Shown here: one piece after another, positions 50,918 to 62,023 of the stretch
Numbering within the stretch: the first letter of the stretch is position 1
How the letters are laid out: the number at the start of each line of letters is the position of its first letter
DNA from: a virus
Taxonomy: Duplodnaviria; Caudoviricetes
IMG/VR virus record: IMGVR_UViG_3300021400_000138
Coordinates: 1 to 64,000 of that record
Strand: one strand, 5' to 3'
DNA: 64,000 bases
Notes under the pieces: generated by a model
The model's input: only the letters and a program-made list of their open reading frames with translations
The model's database searches: none
What the model was told of the DNA's origin: nothing
Made by a program: the position numbers and the translations under genes

Positions 50918-51340
50918 ATGAATTTAGTAGTATTAGAAGGTAGAATGACTGCTGATCCTGAAATCAGATATTCAACTGGAGAAAACGCAACTGCAAACTT
51001 GAATTTTTCGGTTGCTGTTAATAGGGATTTTAAAAATGCCGAAGGTAATTATGATGCCGACTTCATTCGTTGTGTAGCATGGAGAAGTCAGGCAGAATTT
51101 ATTTCCAAGTATTTCCATAAAGGAGACCCTATTCTCATTACCGGGAATATCAGAACTGGCAGCTATACAAATAAGGATGGCGCAAAAGTTTATACAACGG
51201 ATGTTTATGTTGATAAGGTAAGCTTTGTGGTAGGCGGAAAGAGCGGAAATGGAACCGCTGGTCAGCCAACGCCTGGAAAAGTTGATACGAGTTTTATGAA
51301 CATTCCAGACGGAATTGAAAATGATGAAATGCCATTCTGA
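50918..51340 (+). CDS. ssb: single-stranded DNA-binding protein
   Basis: MNLVVLEGRMTADPE, ADFIRCVAW, acidic tail ending DEMPF. Confidence 0.95.
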   Translation: MNLVVLEGRMTADPEIRYSTGENATANLNFSVAVNRDFKNAEGNYDADFIRCVAWRSQAEFISKYFHKGDPILITGNIRTGSYTNKDGAKVYTTDVYVDKVSFVVGGKSGNGTAGQPTPGKVDTSFMNIPDGIENDEMPF

Positions 51341-51350
51341 GGAAAAATAA

Positions 51351-51881
51351 GTGGCTAATAAACAGAAAATAAAAACCGTACATTGCAGATATCCAAAATG
51401 TTCTCAGTTACATGAATCAACTGAGTTGCCAAAAGATGAGGCAGTTCAGGGTGGTAGCAAAAATTCCTACTATCATCCTGACTGTTATCACACACTTCAG
51501 ACGGTAAATAAAATCAGAGATTTATTCGTATTGAAGATCGACTCGACATTAACCGGAAAGCAAGTAGGGATGCTGGTTTCGACGATCAACAACATTATTT
51601 TTTCCAAAAAAGTTAATGTTGATTTTCTGGAATTCGCTCTAGAATATATGATCAAAAACAAACCTGGTGTATTAAAACATCCTGCGGGTCTTCATTACAT
51701 TATCCAAAATCAAGATATTATAAATGCATGGAATAAAGAAAAGGAATGGAAGATTAAAACGGAGATTAAAAATCATGAAACCATAATGGTTAATGATGAA
51801 TTTCTACTGGATGATTTGCCAGAACAAAAGTACACATATAAACCGCAAGGACCAAGGAGCTTTGCGGATATATTGAGATAG
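51351..51881 (+). CDS. hypothetical protein, possible helicase loader/initiator
   Basis: N-terminal Cys/His cluster; between ssb and the helicase. Confidence 0.6.
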   Translation: MANKQKIKTVHCRYPKCSQLHESTELPKDEAVQGGSKNSYYHPDCYHTLQTVNKIRDLFVLKIDSTLTGKQVGMLVSTINNIIFSKKVNVDFLEFALEYMIKNKPGVLKHPAGLHYIIQNQDIINAWNKEKEWKIKTEIKNHETIMVNDEFLLDDLPEQKYTYKPQGPRSFADILR

Positions 51882-51899
51882 ATAATGGAGGGATAATAC

Positions 51900-53246
51900 A
51901 TGGACATAAGTGCAATTACAGATACTCAGGCGGAAGCGGGGGTCATTGCCACTTTGGTGTATCATCCCGATTTTATTTTACATAGTGATTATTTAAAGCC
52001 TGGATATTTTTATAATATTGAAAATGGATGTCTATACTGGGCAATCTCAGAATTATATAAAGCAGGAATTGATGTAATAGATGCATTGAATATTTCTAAT
52101 ATGCTTAATAGCAATAAAGCTGTAAAGCGGAAAATGGAAGAATGTAATCTTGGAAACATCAATGAATTTATTACAATGGCACAATATGCCGCCAGACATA
52201 CATTAGAAGAATATAAATTACTAGTTAATAGTGTTGTTACATGCAGCTTCAAAAGAAATTTGGCAAAGATTGCATCAGAGATCCAGACTGATTGTTATAA
52301 TTCGGATATGGATCTTTCTAAAATGAATGAAGTTGTTAATTCAAAAATATCCAAGTTAGTTGAAAGCTATATTACGTCAAACGAGGTTGAATTATTTTCA
52401 GAGAAAACGAATAGATTGTGGGAGAAATTAAGATCTCAAGATGCTTCAGAGAGAATACCATCAAAATTCAAATTGTTTAATCCGTATTTTAAATATAAAC
52501 CGGGAGAATTAGTTCTACTAAAAGCAAGAATGAAACAGGGGAAGAGCGCATTCTTCTTAAATGAACTCGTGGATAAAATATCCAATGGAATTCCAACTTT
52601 ATATGTTGATACGGAGATGGACGATGATAATTTTTATGAAAGATTATTGGCGCATCTATCTGGCATACAATACGAATTAATTGATGAAAATCGGTTGACA
52701 GAAGACCAGGTTAATAGACTGGAAAAGTGTAATGAATGGATTAACAATCATCCATTTGTTCATATTTATATGCCTGATGTAAACTACGATGAGATATATT
52801 CTATCTGCAAAATTCTAAAATATAAAATCAATCTGAAGTTTTTTATATTCGATTATATAAAGAGTAATAAAGAAGGGGCTGCTGAAAACGCAAATCTTCT
52901 TGGTGCAAGAACAGATTTTTTAAAGAATAGAATCGCTGGCGAATTAGAATTAGCTGTGCTGTCTGGAGCACAACTCGGAAGAAGTGGAGACGTTGCGGAT
53001 TCAGATAAAATTCTCCGGTATGTATCAACAAGTATTTATTGGAGATTTAAAACCGTAGAGGAAATATCTACTGATGGATTAGAGTGCGGAAATATTTTGG
53101 CTTATGTTGATGTAAATAGAAATGGTCGCCAGATGATGGAAGACGAGGCAATTTCATTTTCTTTTGATGGAGATCGAATGAGAATTACGGAAGCCAAACA
53201 ACCAGATAGACCCAAAACACCATTTGATGATAATAAGAAATCATGA
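51900..53246 (+). CDS. dnaB: DnaB-like replicative helicase
   Basis: ARMKQGKS, YVDTEM, IFDYIK, AQLGR, NRNG. Confidence 0.9.
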   Translation: MDISAITDTQAEAGVIATLVYHPDFILHSDYLKPGYFYNIENGCLYWAISELYKAGIDVIDALNISNMLNSNKAVKRKMEECNLGNINEFITMAQYAARHTLEEYKLLVNSVVTCSFKRNLAKIASEIQTDCYNSDMDLSKMNEVVNSKISKLVESYITSNEVELFSEKTNRLWEKLRSQDASERIPSKFKLFNPYFKYKPGELVLLKARMKQGKSAFFLNELVDKISNGIPTLYVDTEMDDDNFYERLLAHLSGIQYELIDENRLTEDQVNRLEKCNEWINNHPFVHIYMPDVNYDEIYSICKILKYKINLKFFIFDYIKSNKEGAAENANLLGARTDFLKNRIAGELELAVLSGAQLGRSGDVADSDKILRYVSTSIYWRFKTVEEISTDGLECGNILAYVDVNRNGRQMMEDEAISFSFDGDRMRITEAKQPDRPKTPFDDNKKS

Positions 53247-53263
53247 GTGATATTAATTAGGAT

Positions 53264-54271
53264 GTGAAAATGATATATTCCCAGGAAGCACTCGAAGAAA
53301 TGGCTGATCAGGTTGATCTTCTGGATTATGCAAGTCAAACAGTTGATTTTGTAAAACATTCTGGGAATACACATTTTGCCGTTTGTCCCTTTCATTCGGA
53401 AAAAACTGCAAGCCTTGCGGTTAATGAAGACGAAAACTTCTTTCATTGCTTCGGTTGCGGACGTTCCGGAAATATATATAAATGGATCCAGTGGACAGAA
53501 GGTCTAACATTTGATCAATCAGTAAAAAAAGTTGCTGATATTACAAATTCAGATATTAGTAAATATGTTGAGTCTGAAACAATGAGTTTCTTTAAAATGT
53601 TAAAAAAATTAAAGGAACCACATAGAAAAGAAAATTTAAAAAGATCATATTTAGATATAGATCTTGACTATAAACAAAAGTATTTAGATGAAATCCCAGA
53701 AGAATGGATAAAAGAAGGAATCTCATCTGAAGAAATAAAAAAATATGAAATACTCATTGATCCATCGTCTAACCGAATTGTTTATCCAGTAAGAGATGCA
53801 AATTATCAAATGATTGGAGTAAAGGGAAGAACAAGATTTCAAAATTATAAAGACCTTGGAATCATGAAGTATATGAATTATAACCGTATAGGCATACTTG
53901 ATTACTTTACTGGCATGATGCAAGCAGCGGATTATATAAAAGAAAGCAGCGAGATTATAATTGTTGAAGGCATAAAGTCGGTAATGAAATTAGATCATTG
54001 GGGATTTCACAACGTTGTTTCGGCAGAAACCAGTACACTTAATGAGTATCAGGTTGAACTTCTTGTTAGAATGCAAGTGAAGAGAGTGGTAATTGCATTT
54101 GATAAAGACGTACGTCTTAAAAAAATCAAAGAGTGTACCGGATTATTAAAACGATTTACCAATGTTTATGCTGTTATTGATAGATGGAATTTATTAAAGA
54201 ACAAAGAATCACCTTGCGATGATGGGGAAGATGTATTCCGTTCTTTATATGAGAGGAAAGTAAAACTTTGA
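53264..54271 (+). CDS. dnaG: DnaG-type primase
   Basis: CPFHSEKTAS...CFGCG zinc finger; TOPRIM IVEG and AFDKD. Confidence 0.9.
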   Translation: MKMIYSQEALEEMADQVDLLDYASQTVDFVKHSGNTHFAVCPFHSEKTASLAVNEDENFFHCFGCGRSGNIYKWIQWTEGLTFDQSVKKVADITNSDISKYVESETMSFFKMLKKLKEPHRKENLKRSYLDIDLDYKQKYLDEIPEEWIKEGISSEEIKKYEILIDPSSNRIVYPVRDANYQMIGVKGRTRFQNYKDLGIMKYMNYNRIGILDYFTGMMQAADYIKESSEIIIVEGIKSVMKLDHWGFHNVVSAETSTLNEYQVELLVRMQVKRVVIAFDKDVRLKKIKECTGLLKRFTNVYAVIDRWNLLKNKESPCDDGEDVFRSLYERKVKL

Positions 54272-55068
54272 ATGAATGTAATGCAGAAGATTTTATAATT
54301 TCGACTATGAAATGGTCGTTCTCCAGATTAAATAGTTTTGATACGGGATGTCCATATGAATGGTATCAACATTATATAGAATGCGAACCATCAAAACAGG
54401 GATTCTTTGGATCATTCGGTGGGTTTTGTCATAGCTGCCTGGAAAAATATTCCAAGGGTGAACTTGACCTATTTGATTTGTCTTCGTATTACGAGGACAA
54501 TTTTGCAACAGAGGTTCCTTATGATGCACCACCAAACAAATATACAGATATTAAAAGTGATTATTATCAAAAAGGATTAGATTACTTTGATAACATAGAT
54601 TTACCGCTCGATGAATATAAAATCATTGGCGTGGAAAAACGTGTGGATTTTATGATAGATAAATATCCATTCATAGGTTTTATAGATTTGTTATTACAGG
54701 ATCCGGAAGATGGTAAGTTAATTCTATGCGACCATAAATCTGCATCCATTAAAATTTTAAAATCAGGTGCCATTAGTAAATCTGACCAACATCATTTTCT
54801 TGAATTCAAAAGACAGCAGTATTTATATGCAAAGGCTATTATCGAAGAATTTGGCAAGGGTTGTGTAAAAGAACTCTGGTGGAATATGTTCAAGGATCAG
54901 AAGTGGATAAAAATTCCTTTTAATATAGACGAGTATCAGGAAGCGCAACAGTGGGCATTAGATACTATTCATAGAATAGAAAAAGAAACTGAGTGGCTAC
55001 CTAATCCTGAAATGTGGTATTGCAATTATTTGTGTGGACAATCTGGCGGATGTCCATATAAGGTGTAA
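54268..55068 (+). CDS. PD-(D/E)XK (RecB/Cas4-like) exonuclease
   Basis: WSFSRL..C, GFIDLL, CDHKS, QQYLY, C-terminal Cys cluster. Confidence 0.85.
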   Translation: MNECNAEDFIISTMKWSFSRLNSFDTGCPYEWYQHYIECEPSKQGFFGSFGGFCHSCLEKYSKGELDLFDLSSYYEDNFATEVPYDAPPNKYTDIKSDYYQKGLDYFDNIDLPLDEYKIIGVEKRVDFMIDKYPFIGFIDLLLQDPEDGKLILCDHKSASIKILKSGAISKSDQHHFLEFKRQQYLYAKAIIEEFGKGCVKELWWNMFKDQKWIKIPFNIDEYQEAQQWALDTIHRIEKETEWLPNPEMWYCNYLCGQSGGCPYKV

Positions 55069-55092
55069 ATAAATGAATTGGAGTTGTAAAGA

Positions 55093-56316
55093 TTGGCGAC
55101 AGCAGCACGATATAAATATAATGATGATGAAATAATTAAAATATATAATGATGAATATATTAAAGAACATATAGGCGGAACTACATTAACACGTAAATAC
55201 GGAGTTGATTTTTATAATGATTTCAAACGGCTTGGTTTAACTATGAGAAATAATCAAGAAAAAAGTAGAAAATATACTTGTAATTCTGATTATTTTAAAG
55301 ATATTAATACGGAAGAAAAAGCCTACTGGTTTGGATTTATCTATGCTGATGGATATATTACACATCCAACCGATGACAGCAATGGTATTCTAAGATTTGG
55401 ATTGAGTATTATGGAAGGCGATTTTAGTCATTTGGAAAAATTTAAATCTGCAATTTCTTCAGATGCGGCAATAAATCATTATACAGTGGAACGTGGATAT
55501 AAGATTGGAGCAAAATATTGTAGGATTATAATTTCAGATAATCGCTTTGCTCATAATTTATTAAATCATGGTCTTGTAGAAAGAAAGTCGAATATAGTTG
55601 AACCACCAATTGGTGTTCCTAAAGAACTTGAAAAGCATTTTATTAGAGGATTCATGGATGCAAACGGATCGATAGTTCAAAATAAACCATCAAATGGTTC
55701 GACTTGCGATTCATATACGATAAAATGGAGTTCAACAGAGAGTGTTCTGAAATGGATAATGAGACATTTGATAGATAATAATATTTTGAGTCATGAATAT
55801 CCATTGGTTAAACGAAAAGAAGAACATATTGTTACCGCCTTTGAATTTGGTGGAAATTATCAAGTGAAAAAATATCTTGATTATGTATATGACGGAGCAA
55901 CGGTATGGTTGGATAGAAAACATGACCGTTATTTGCGATTGTGTAAGATATTAGAAGAAAGAGAGAAAAATAAAAGAATAAATAAATGTGCCTATTGTGG
56001 AACAGAAGATAGTTCTCAATTTATCATATGGACACATGGTGGAGAGTACGACGGGAAAATAGTTTGTGGAAAGCACTATCAACAGCTTAATAAATATGGA
56101 AAAATAATACCAGATAAGAAGGATAGTTGTGATATATGTGGTAATTCGACTGGAAAATTATTGCATGTAGGATCTAAATATCCAGAATATCACGGAATGA
56201 CACTTTGCAAAAAACATTATGATCAGTTAATAAGCGGAAGATTAATTGATAATAAGGATCATGAAAATGAAAAATTATGTGACATATCATCTACATACGA
56301 TGTTAAGTCTGCTTGA
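55093..56316 (+). CDS. free-standing LAGLIDADG homing endonuclease with C-terminal Cys/His repeats
   Basis: KAYWFGFIYADG and HFIRGFMDANG motifs; overlaps the dnaE start. Confidence 0.85.
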   Translation: MATAARYKYNDDEIIKIYNDEYIKEHIGGTTLTRKYGVDFYNDFKRLGLTMRNNQEKSRKYTCNSDYFKDINTEEKAYWFGFIYADGYITHPTDDSNGILRFGLSIMEGDFSHLEKFKSAISSDAAINHYTVERGYKIGAKYCRIIISDNRFAHNLLNHGLVERKSNIVEPPIGVPKELEKHFIRGFMDANGSIVQNKPSNGSTCDSYTIKWSSTESVLKWIMRHLIDNNILSHEYPLVKRKEEHIVTAFEFGGNYQVKKYLDYVYDGATVWLDRKHDRYLRLCKILEEREKNKRINKCAYCGTEDSSQFIIWTHGGEYDGKIVCGKHYQQLNKYGKIIPDKKDSCDICGNSTGKLLHVGSKYPEYHGMTLCKKHYDQLISGRLIDNKDHENEKLCDISSTYDVKSA

Positions 56317-59300
56317 TAGCTGTACAAGTTATAAAGACTATATAAGGTATGCAAAAGAAATTGGACAAAAGGCTATATGTATAACGGAGCATGGTAATTG
56401 CTTTAACTGGATAGAGAAAAAATTATATTGTGAATCAACACAATATAAAATTATTTATAACGGTGAGACACGGTATATTGATGACAAAAAGAAACTTGAT
56501 AACTTAATTAATTCGTTGGAATGCGAATACGAGTTAATTGAATTAAAACCTATAAAATTTTTGTTTGGAATCGAAGTATATATGACTGCCAACAAATTAG
56601 ACGTGGAACAAAAGACGAGAGATAATTATCATACAATTTTAATAGCTAAAAATCATGATGGATTAAAAGAGATCAATACATTAGCTATGGAGAATGGTAG
56701 TAAATCGGATCACTTTTATTTCACAAGAAGAATAACATTCGATGAATTTTTAAACTTGTCAGATAATGTAATAAAGATATCTGCCTGTCTTGCATCACCG
56801 TTGAATAAGTTTGTTCCTCAAAATGTCGAAGAAGAGCAGATGCTTATCAAACTTCTGAATAAATATGATTACTATGAGGTACAACCACATGTAAATTCAG
56901 ACGATCAAAATACATACAATAAAAAGCTTGCCGTATTATCAAAACAATTTAATAAGCCTTTAATCGCTGGTACAGATACTCATAGTCTAAATCAATATAA
57001 GGCTGAATGCAGAAAAGTTCTCATGAAGGGTAAAAAGAATAAGTATTCATACGAGGAGAACTTAGATCTTACATATAAAACATACAATGAACTCGTTGAT
57101 ATGTTTAAACGCCAGAAAGCTTTGACAGAAGATGAGTATCTTGCAGCGATTGATAATACAAATTTAATGGCAGATTCTGTTGAAGATTTTGTGTTAGATA
57201 CCTCGTTTAAATATCCTAAGTTATATGAAAATGAGGATGATGTTTTTGTAAAACGTATCTGGACAATGTACGATGACAAGGTGAAACGAGGTGTTATTAA
57301 AGACGAACAAATATATAAAGACAACATAGAAGAGGAACTCCGTGTTTTTAGAAAAATCGGTATGATCGGTTTTATGTTGTTTATGTCAGAACTTGTAAGT
57401 TGGTGTTGGGAACACAATATTCCTGTTGGATTTTGTAGAGGTTCTGTTGGTGGTTCAACAATTGCATATATAACAGATATAATCGATGTTAATCCAGTAA
57501 AATGGGGATGCGTCTTTTCACGTTTTGCAAATGAAACTCGTATGGAGATCGGTGATATTGATGTAGATATTAGTCCAGATCAACGTGAATTGGTATTTAA
57601 ATATATTACAGATAGATTTGGTAATGATTATACTGCATACGTTTTGGCGATTACTACAATTGCGGAAAAGGGTTGTATAGATGATATTGGAAGGGCTTTA
57701 TATTACACCTGGATTGAAGAACATTTTTCTCAAGAATTAAATGAAATATCTAACAGACTCCGAGATAAAAAGAACGATCGGGACTTTGTATTTGGTGTAT
57801 GGGAGATTGAAAAATATTTAAGTGAAACCTCACAAAAAATAAATGAAGATAAAAATCCATATACGCTAAATAGAATTGCCAATATAAAGAAAGAATACGA
57901 TGAGAATCCAGAAGAAACTAAATCAAAATACAAAGATTTATTCTATTATTTTGATGGTCTTGTTGGAACAACCGTTTCACAGTCAATGCATCCCGCTGGA
58001 ATTATTGTAAGTCCAATTTCACTATATGATAATTATGGAACATTTTGGAGTGACGGTAATCATATTTTAGCTATTAATATGGAAGAGTGTCATGAAATTT
58101 CGCTAGTAAAATATGATATTCTTGGACTAAAAAATATCCAAATTATCCGTGAAACATGCGAACTAGCTGGTATTAAATATCCAAAGTCTCATGAATTAAA
58201 CTGGAATGATAAAGAAGTATGGAAACATATAACCGATAGTCCAGTTGGTATATTTCAATTTGAAGGTTCATATGCATTTGATTTGCTAAAAAAGTATGGT
58301 CCAGAAGAAATAAACTCTCTTTCACTGGTAAATGCCAGCCTTCGCCCATCGGGAGAAAGCTATAGAGATAGATTAATATCTGGTGAAATAAACCAAAATC
58401 CTTCTGAAATTATTAATAAAATGCTAGAGAAAAATCATGGATTTTTGGTTTTTCAGGAGGACACGATTCGATTTTTAACAGATATATGTGGTCTATCAGG
58501 ATCTGACGCAGATAATATTCGCCGAGCAATTGGTAGAAAACAGGTTGATAGACTTGAAGCTGCTATGCCTGACATTCTTGAAGGTTATTGTAGTAAATCG
58601 GATAAACCGAGAGATATAGCTGAACAAGAAGCAAAACAATTTTTGCAGATCATAAGTGACAGCTCTAATTATCAATTTGGGTTCAACCATTCTACTGGAT
58701 ATTCAATGATAGGCTATACATGTGGATATCTCAGACATTATTATCCAGTTGAATTTATAACTGCATATTTAAATTCTGCGGCTAACGATGACGATTTAAA
58801 GATGGGAACCGATTTAGCAAGACAACTCGGCATAACAATGCTGAAACCAACATATGGGTATTCTAGATCAAAGTTCTATTGTGATGCAAATAACAACAAT
58901 ATTTATAAAGGAATTGGTTCATTAAAAAATATGTCTGAAAAATCAGCAGCAGAAATTGTGCCGCTTTATAATAATCATTACGATGATTATATTGATTTAC
59001 TGTTTGATCTAAAAGAGAAGACAACTATTAATTCAAGAATGTTAGATATCCTCATCAAAATTGATTTTTTCCAGGAATTCGGAGATATCAATACCTTGCT
59101 TTGGATAGCCAGTGAATTTGATTCATTGTATGGCAAAAAATCAATCAAAAAAGATTCCATCATTGTCCAATCATTTGGCGAAAATATGATGCGAAAGTTT
59201 TCCGATTCAGAAACTCCGACTCATATTGACGAAATTAATCCAATAGATTTTTTCCGGAGCAGAGGAATAGAAGACATTAAACAAATTGAATCTCTTATGG

Positions 59301-59881
59301 ATGATTGCCAGAAATTTAAATATATAAAGCATGATGATGGCACCAAAGAAAAAACTCCAAATGGCATAAGTTTCATGAAGATGTATAAAAAATTTAATGT
59401 TACTGAAGAGGAGAAAAAACAATTTGCCATCAAAACTGTTTATGGAAAATTCGACGGCATTTATACAAGAAAACTTTTAAAATATTTATTAAATAATAGC
59501 AAATACCCGCCGTGTACTCTGAAGCAAAAGATTAAATACCAGGCAGAACATCTTGGATATATAGATTACAAAGATTCAAAATTAGATAAAAGATATTTCG
59601 TTGTTGAAAATCTTGATACAAAGTATTCTCCAAAATTTACGGCTTATTGTCTTAACAATGGTAACTCTAGTGAACTTCGAGTTAAGAAAAAACGTAATCC
59701 AAAGAACAAGATGGATAAATGCAAAGTATCATTTGGTGAAAAGCCTTTTGAAAACGGTGACATTATTTATCTTAAAGCTTGGGGTAAAGAACCAAAGATG
59801 AAGAAGACGGAAGATGGATGGGAGAAAGATCCATCGGTAATGTATAACTGGATGTACGATTACGAAATTGCAAATTTATAA
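56261..59881 (+). CDS. dnaE: DNA polymerase III alpha subunit (family C)
   Basis: PHP YHLHT..SLLD and ITEHG; RGSVGGS; DIDVD; HPAG; KYDILGL; YQFGFNHS. Confidence 0.95.
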   Translation: MKMKNYVTYHLHTMLSLLDSCTSYKDYIRYAKEIGQKAICITEHGNCFNWIEKKLYCESTQYKIIYNGETRYIDDKKKLDNLINSLECEYELIELKPIKFLFGIEVYMTANKLDVEQKTRDNYHTILIAKNHDGLKEINTLAMENGSKSDHFYFTRRITFDEFLNLSDNVIKISACLASPLNKFVPQNVEEEQMLIKLLNKYDYYEVQPHVNSDDQNTYNKKLAVLSKQFNKPLIAGTDTHSLNQYKAECRKVLMKGKKNKYSYEENLDLTYKTYNELVDMFKRQKALTEDEYLAAIDNTNLMADSVEDFVLDTSFKYPKLYENEDDVFVKRIWTMYDDKVKRGVIKDEQIYKDNIEEELRVFRKIGMIGFMLFMSELVSWCWEHNIPVGFCRGSVGGSTIAYITDIIDVNPVKWGCVFSRFANETRMEIGDIDVDISPDQRELVFKYITDRFGNDYTAYVLAITTIAEKGCIDDIGRALYYTWIEEHFSQELNEISNRLRDKKNDRDFVFGVWEIEKYLSETSQKINEDKNPYTLNRIANIKKEYDENPEETKSKYKDLFYYFDGLVGTTVSQSMHPAGIIVSPISLYDNYGTFWSDGNHILAINMEECHEISLVKYDILGLKNIQIIRETCELAGIKYPKSHELNWNDKEVWKHITDSPVGIFQFEGSYAFDLLKKYGPEEINSLSLVNASLRPSGESYRDRLISGEINQNPSEIINKMLEKNHGFLVFQEDTIRFLTDICGLSGSDADNIRRAIGRKQVDRLEAAMPDILEGYCSKSDKPRDIAEQEAKQFLQIISDSSNYQFGFNHSTGYSMIGYTCGYLRHYYPVEFITAYLNSAANDDDLKMGTDLARQLGITMLKPTYGYSRSKFYCDANNNNIYKGIGSLKNMSEKSAAEIVPLYNNHYDDYIDLLFDLKEKTTINSRMLDILIKIDFFQEFGDINTLLWIASEFDSLYGKKSIKKDSIIVQSFGENMMRKFSDSETPTHIDEINPIDFFRSRGIEDIKQIESLMDDCQKFKYIKHDDGTKEKTPNGISFMKMYKKFNVTEEEKKQFAIKTVYGKFDGIYTRKLLKYLLNNSKYPPCTLKQKIKYQAEHLGYIDYKDSKLDKRYFVVENLDTKYSPKFTAYCLNNGNSSELRVKKKRNPKNKMDKCKVSFGEKPFENGDIIYLKAWGKEPKMKKTEDGWEKDPSVMYNWMYDYEIANL

Positions 59882-60428
59882 GAGGAACAAGATGTTAGAT
59901 TTATTTCATTATACAAAGACCGAACAGGATAAGCTTCTTAAATCAATGACGATCCTTTGTGATACTAGGGAACATGATGGTAAAAACGATCACATACTTT
60001 CTTATTTTGACTCAAAGAATATCCCATGGATGAAATATAAGCTTATGCACGGTGATTATTCTTGCATGCTTCCAGCCAATGAAGAACTAAAAATACCAAA
60101 AGATTTATACTTTACAGATAAGATTTGCGTAGAAAGAAAAGCCTCGCTTGACGAATGGGCCGGGAACATTGTCGATGATAGACAAGGAATAAAAAAGAAA
60201 TTCTCTCTCATGCCAGATAAAAAAGTATTTATTATTGAAAATGGAAGCTATGCCGATTTGGTAAATCATAATTATAGATCTCATTATGATCCAAAGAGTT
60301 ATTGGGCAACGTTGCATTCAATGTGGAATGAGTTTGATATTCCAATTATTTTTATGCCAGATCCAAAATATACGGGCATGTTTATCAGAGGATTTTTTTA
60401 TTACTATTTAAGAGGAATTATTAAATGA
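59868..60428 (+). CDS. ERCC4/XPF-family nuclease
   Basis: CDTRE, GDY, VERK, IIE. Confidence 0.85.
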   Translation: MQIYKRNKMLDLFHYTKTEQDKLLKSMTILCDTREHDGKNDHILSYFDSKNIPWMKYKLMHGDYSCMLPANEELKIPKDLYFTDKICVERKASLDEWAGNIVDDRQGIKKKFSLMPDKKVFIIENGSYADLVNHNYRSHYDPKSYWATLHSMWNEFDIPIIFMPDPKYTGMFIRGFFYYYLRGIIK

Positions 60429-61165
60429 TATTTGATGAAATTTTAACTACTATAGAAAATGAAGATATTAAACAATTCGCTGAAAAATGTGTAAATGAAC
60501 TTGTCCCATATTTCTATGTTGTTCCTGCATCAAGTACGGGGAAATATCATCCATCATATTCGTTAGGCGAAGGTGGTCTTCTTCGCCATAGTATTGCCGT
60601 TGTTAGATTTCTTAATCATATGTTTAATGTAGAATCAATTGCAAATCAGTTTACATCTAGAGAAAGAGATCTGCTTCGTGTAGCTGCGATAATGCACGAC
60701 TCGCGGAAAAGTGGAAGCCAGGAAGAATACGAAAGGTCAAAATGGACAAAATTTAATCATCCCCTTCTTGCGGCTGAATTGATCAGAAGTCTTGATGGTT
60801 TGCCGAGGGAAGAAATCGAATTAATTGCTCATGCTATTGAATCACATATGGGAATATGGAACACAGATAAAAGATATCCGGATTTAGTTCTTCCAAAGCC
60901 ACAAGACAAGTATCAAATCATTCTTCATCTTGCGGATTATTTAGCTTCTCGAAAAGACATTGAAATGAAATTTGATGGATTCGATTTACCTGAAAATAAA
61001 CCAGAACCATTACCTGATATTAATGATTGGAGATTTACATTTGGTAAATACTCCGGAAAAACAATTCCGGAAATCGCCGCTATTGACCAGGGATATATCA
61101 GATGGGCAAAAGAGAATATGGAAAAAGAACCCGCAAGAACTTTGCTTAAAGATTTTGTTATATGA
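60425..61165 (+). CDS. HD-domain phosphohydrolase with a C-terminal FGKY domain
   Basis: PASSTGKYH, GGLLRH, MHD, SHMG, HLAD; FTFGKYSGK. Confidence 0.85.
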   Translation: MIFDEILTTIENEDIKQFAEKCVNELVPYFYVVPASSTGKYHPSYSLGEGGLLRHSIAVVRFLNHMFNVESIANQFTSRERDLLRVAAIMHDSRKSGSQEEYERSKWTKFNHPLLAAELIRSLDGLPREEIELIAHAIESHMGIWNTDKRYPDLVLPKPQDKYQIILHLADYLASRKDIEMKFDGFDLPENKPEPLPDINDWRFTFGKYSGKTIPEIAAIDQGYIRWAKENMEKEPARTLLKDFVI

Positions 61166-61177
61166 GGTTATACCGTC

Positions 61178-61543
61178 ATGAAAATATACGTTATAGAAAA
61201 AGGCAGCTACTCCGACAGACATGTAGTTGGAGTAACTGAAACCAAAGAAGAAGCAGAAGAAATTTGTAAAGCAATAACTGGCAAATATAAATACGAAAAA
61301 GCCTCATATACAGAATATGACACAAAACAATTTCAAATTAATCAAATCAGGTTCCAAATTTCATATCTTTGTAATGAATGGGAAGCCGAATATGATGATT
61401 ATGATTTTTACGAAAAATATAAAGAAAACACGGAAGTATATGAAGACTTTTACATAATCTACGCCAATTCTCCAGACCAGGCAATTAAAATTGCTCAGGA
61501 TATGAGAGCAGAAAAGTTGGCGAAGGATAAAGGATTGATATAA
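61178..61543 (+). CDS. hypothetical protein
   Basis: MKIYVIEKGSYSDRHVVGV; GAGG RBS. Confidence 0.7.
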   Translation: MKIYVIEKGSYSDRHVVGVTETKEEAEEICKAITGKYKYEKASYTEYDTKQFQINQIRFQISYLCNEWEAEYDDYDFYEKYKENTEVYEDFYIIYANSPDQAIKIAQDMRAEKLAKDKGLI

Positions 61544-61546
61544 ATC

Positions 61547-62014
61547 ATGAACGTATATCTAGCCGTTCCAATAGTGGGCATCGATCAAGATATGAAAATT
61601 GAAAAAGAATGTATAAAAAACATTCTCAGAGAAATTAACATAAACGTATATGATCCATCAGAACCAGGACACGGTGTTCCAAATGCATGGGGCTGCTCAA
61701 TGGATGAGTGGACAAGAGCAATATTCTCGCTTGACGTTGTTGCCATAGATAACTGTGACTGGATGGTTGTATTAGATTACGGAAGACAGTGTACTGCGGG
61801 AACTGCCTGGGAATGCGGATATGCTTTTGGTAAGGGTAAGAAGATACTTATTGTCAAGATGGATGATGATTCTCATTATAGCGTAATGATGCGTGGTTGT
61901 AGTTCAAATTATTGTAAGTTGAAGGATTTTATCAATCCACCTTTGAATATGATTGAATCAAAATTCTTTATAGAACGAGGAAGAGTAAAGACTGACACAA
62001 CAATTTGTGACTGA
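61547..62014 (+). CDS. nucleoside 2-deoxyribosyltransferase family protein
   Basis: VYLA, DVVAIDNCD, GTAWECGYAFG. Confidence 0.85.
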   Translation: MNVYLAVPIVGIDQDMKIEKECIKNILREININVYDPSEPGHGVPNAWGCSMDEWTRAIFSLDVVAIDNCDWMVVLDYGRQCTAGTAWECGYAFGKGKKILIVKMDDDSHYSVMMRGCSSNYCKLKDFINPPLNMIESKFFIERGRVKTDTTICD

Positions 62015-62023
62015 GGAATAAGT

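Noticed and set aside
55093-56316. Intein or intron around the LAGLIDADG ORF
   Set aside because: Flanking genes are complete; no intein termini or group I core elements were seen.
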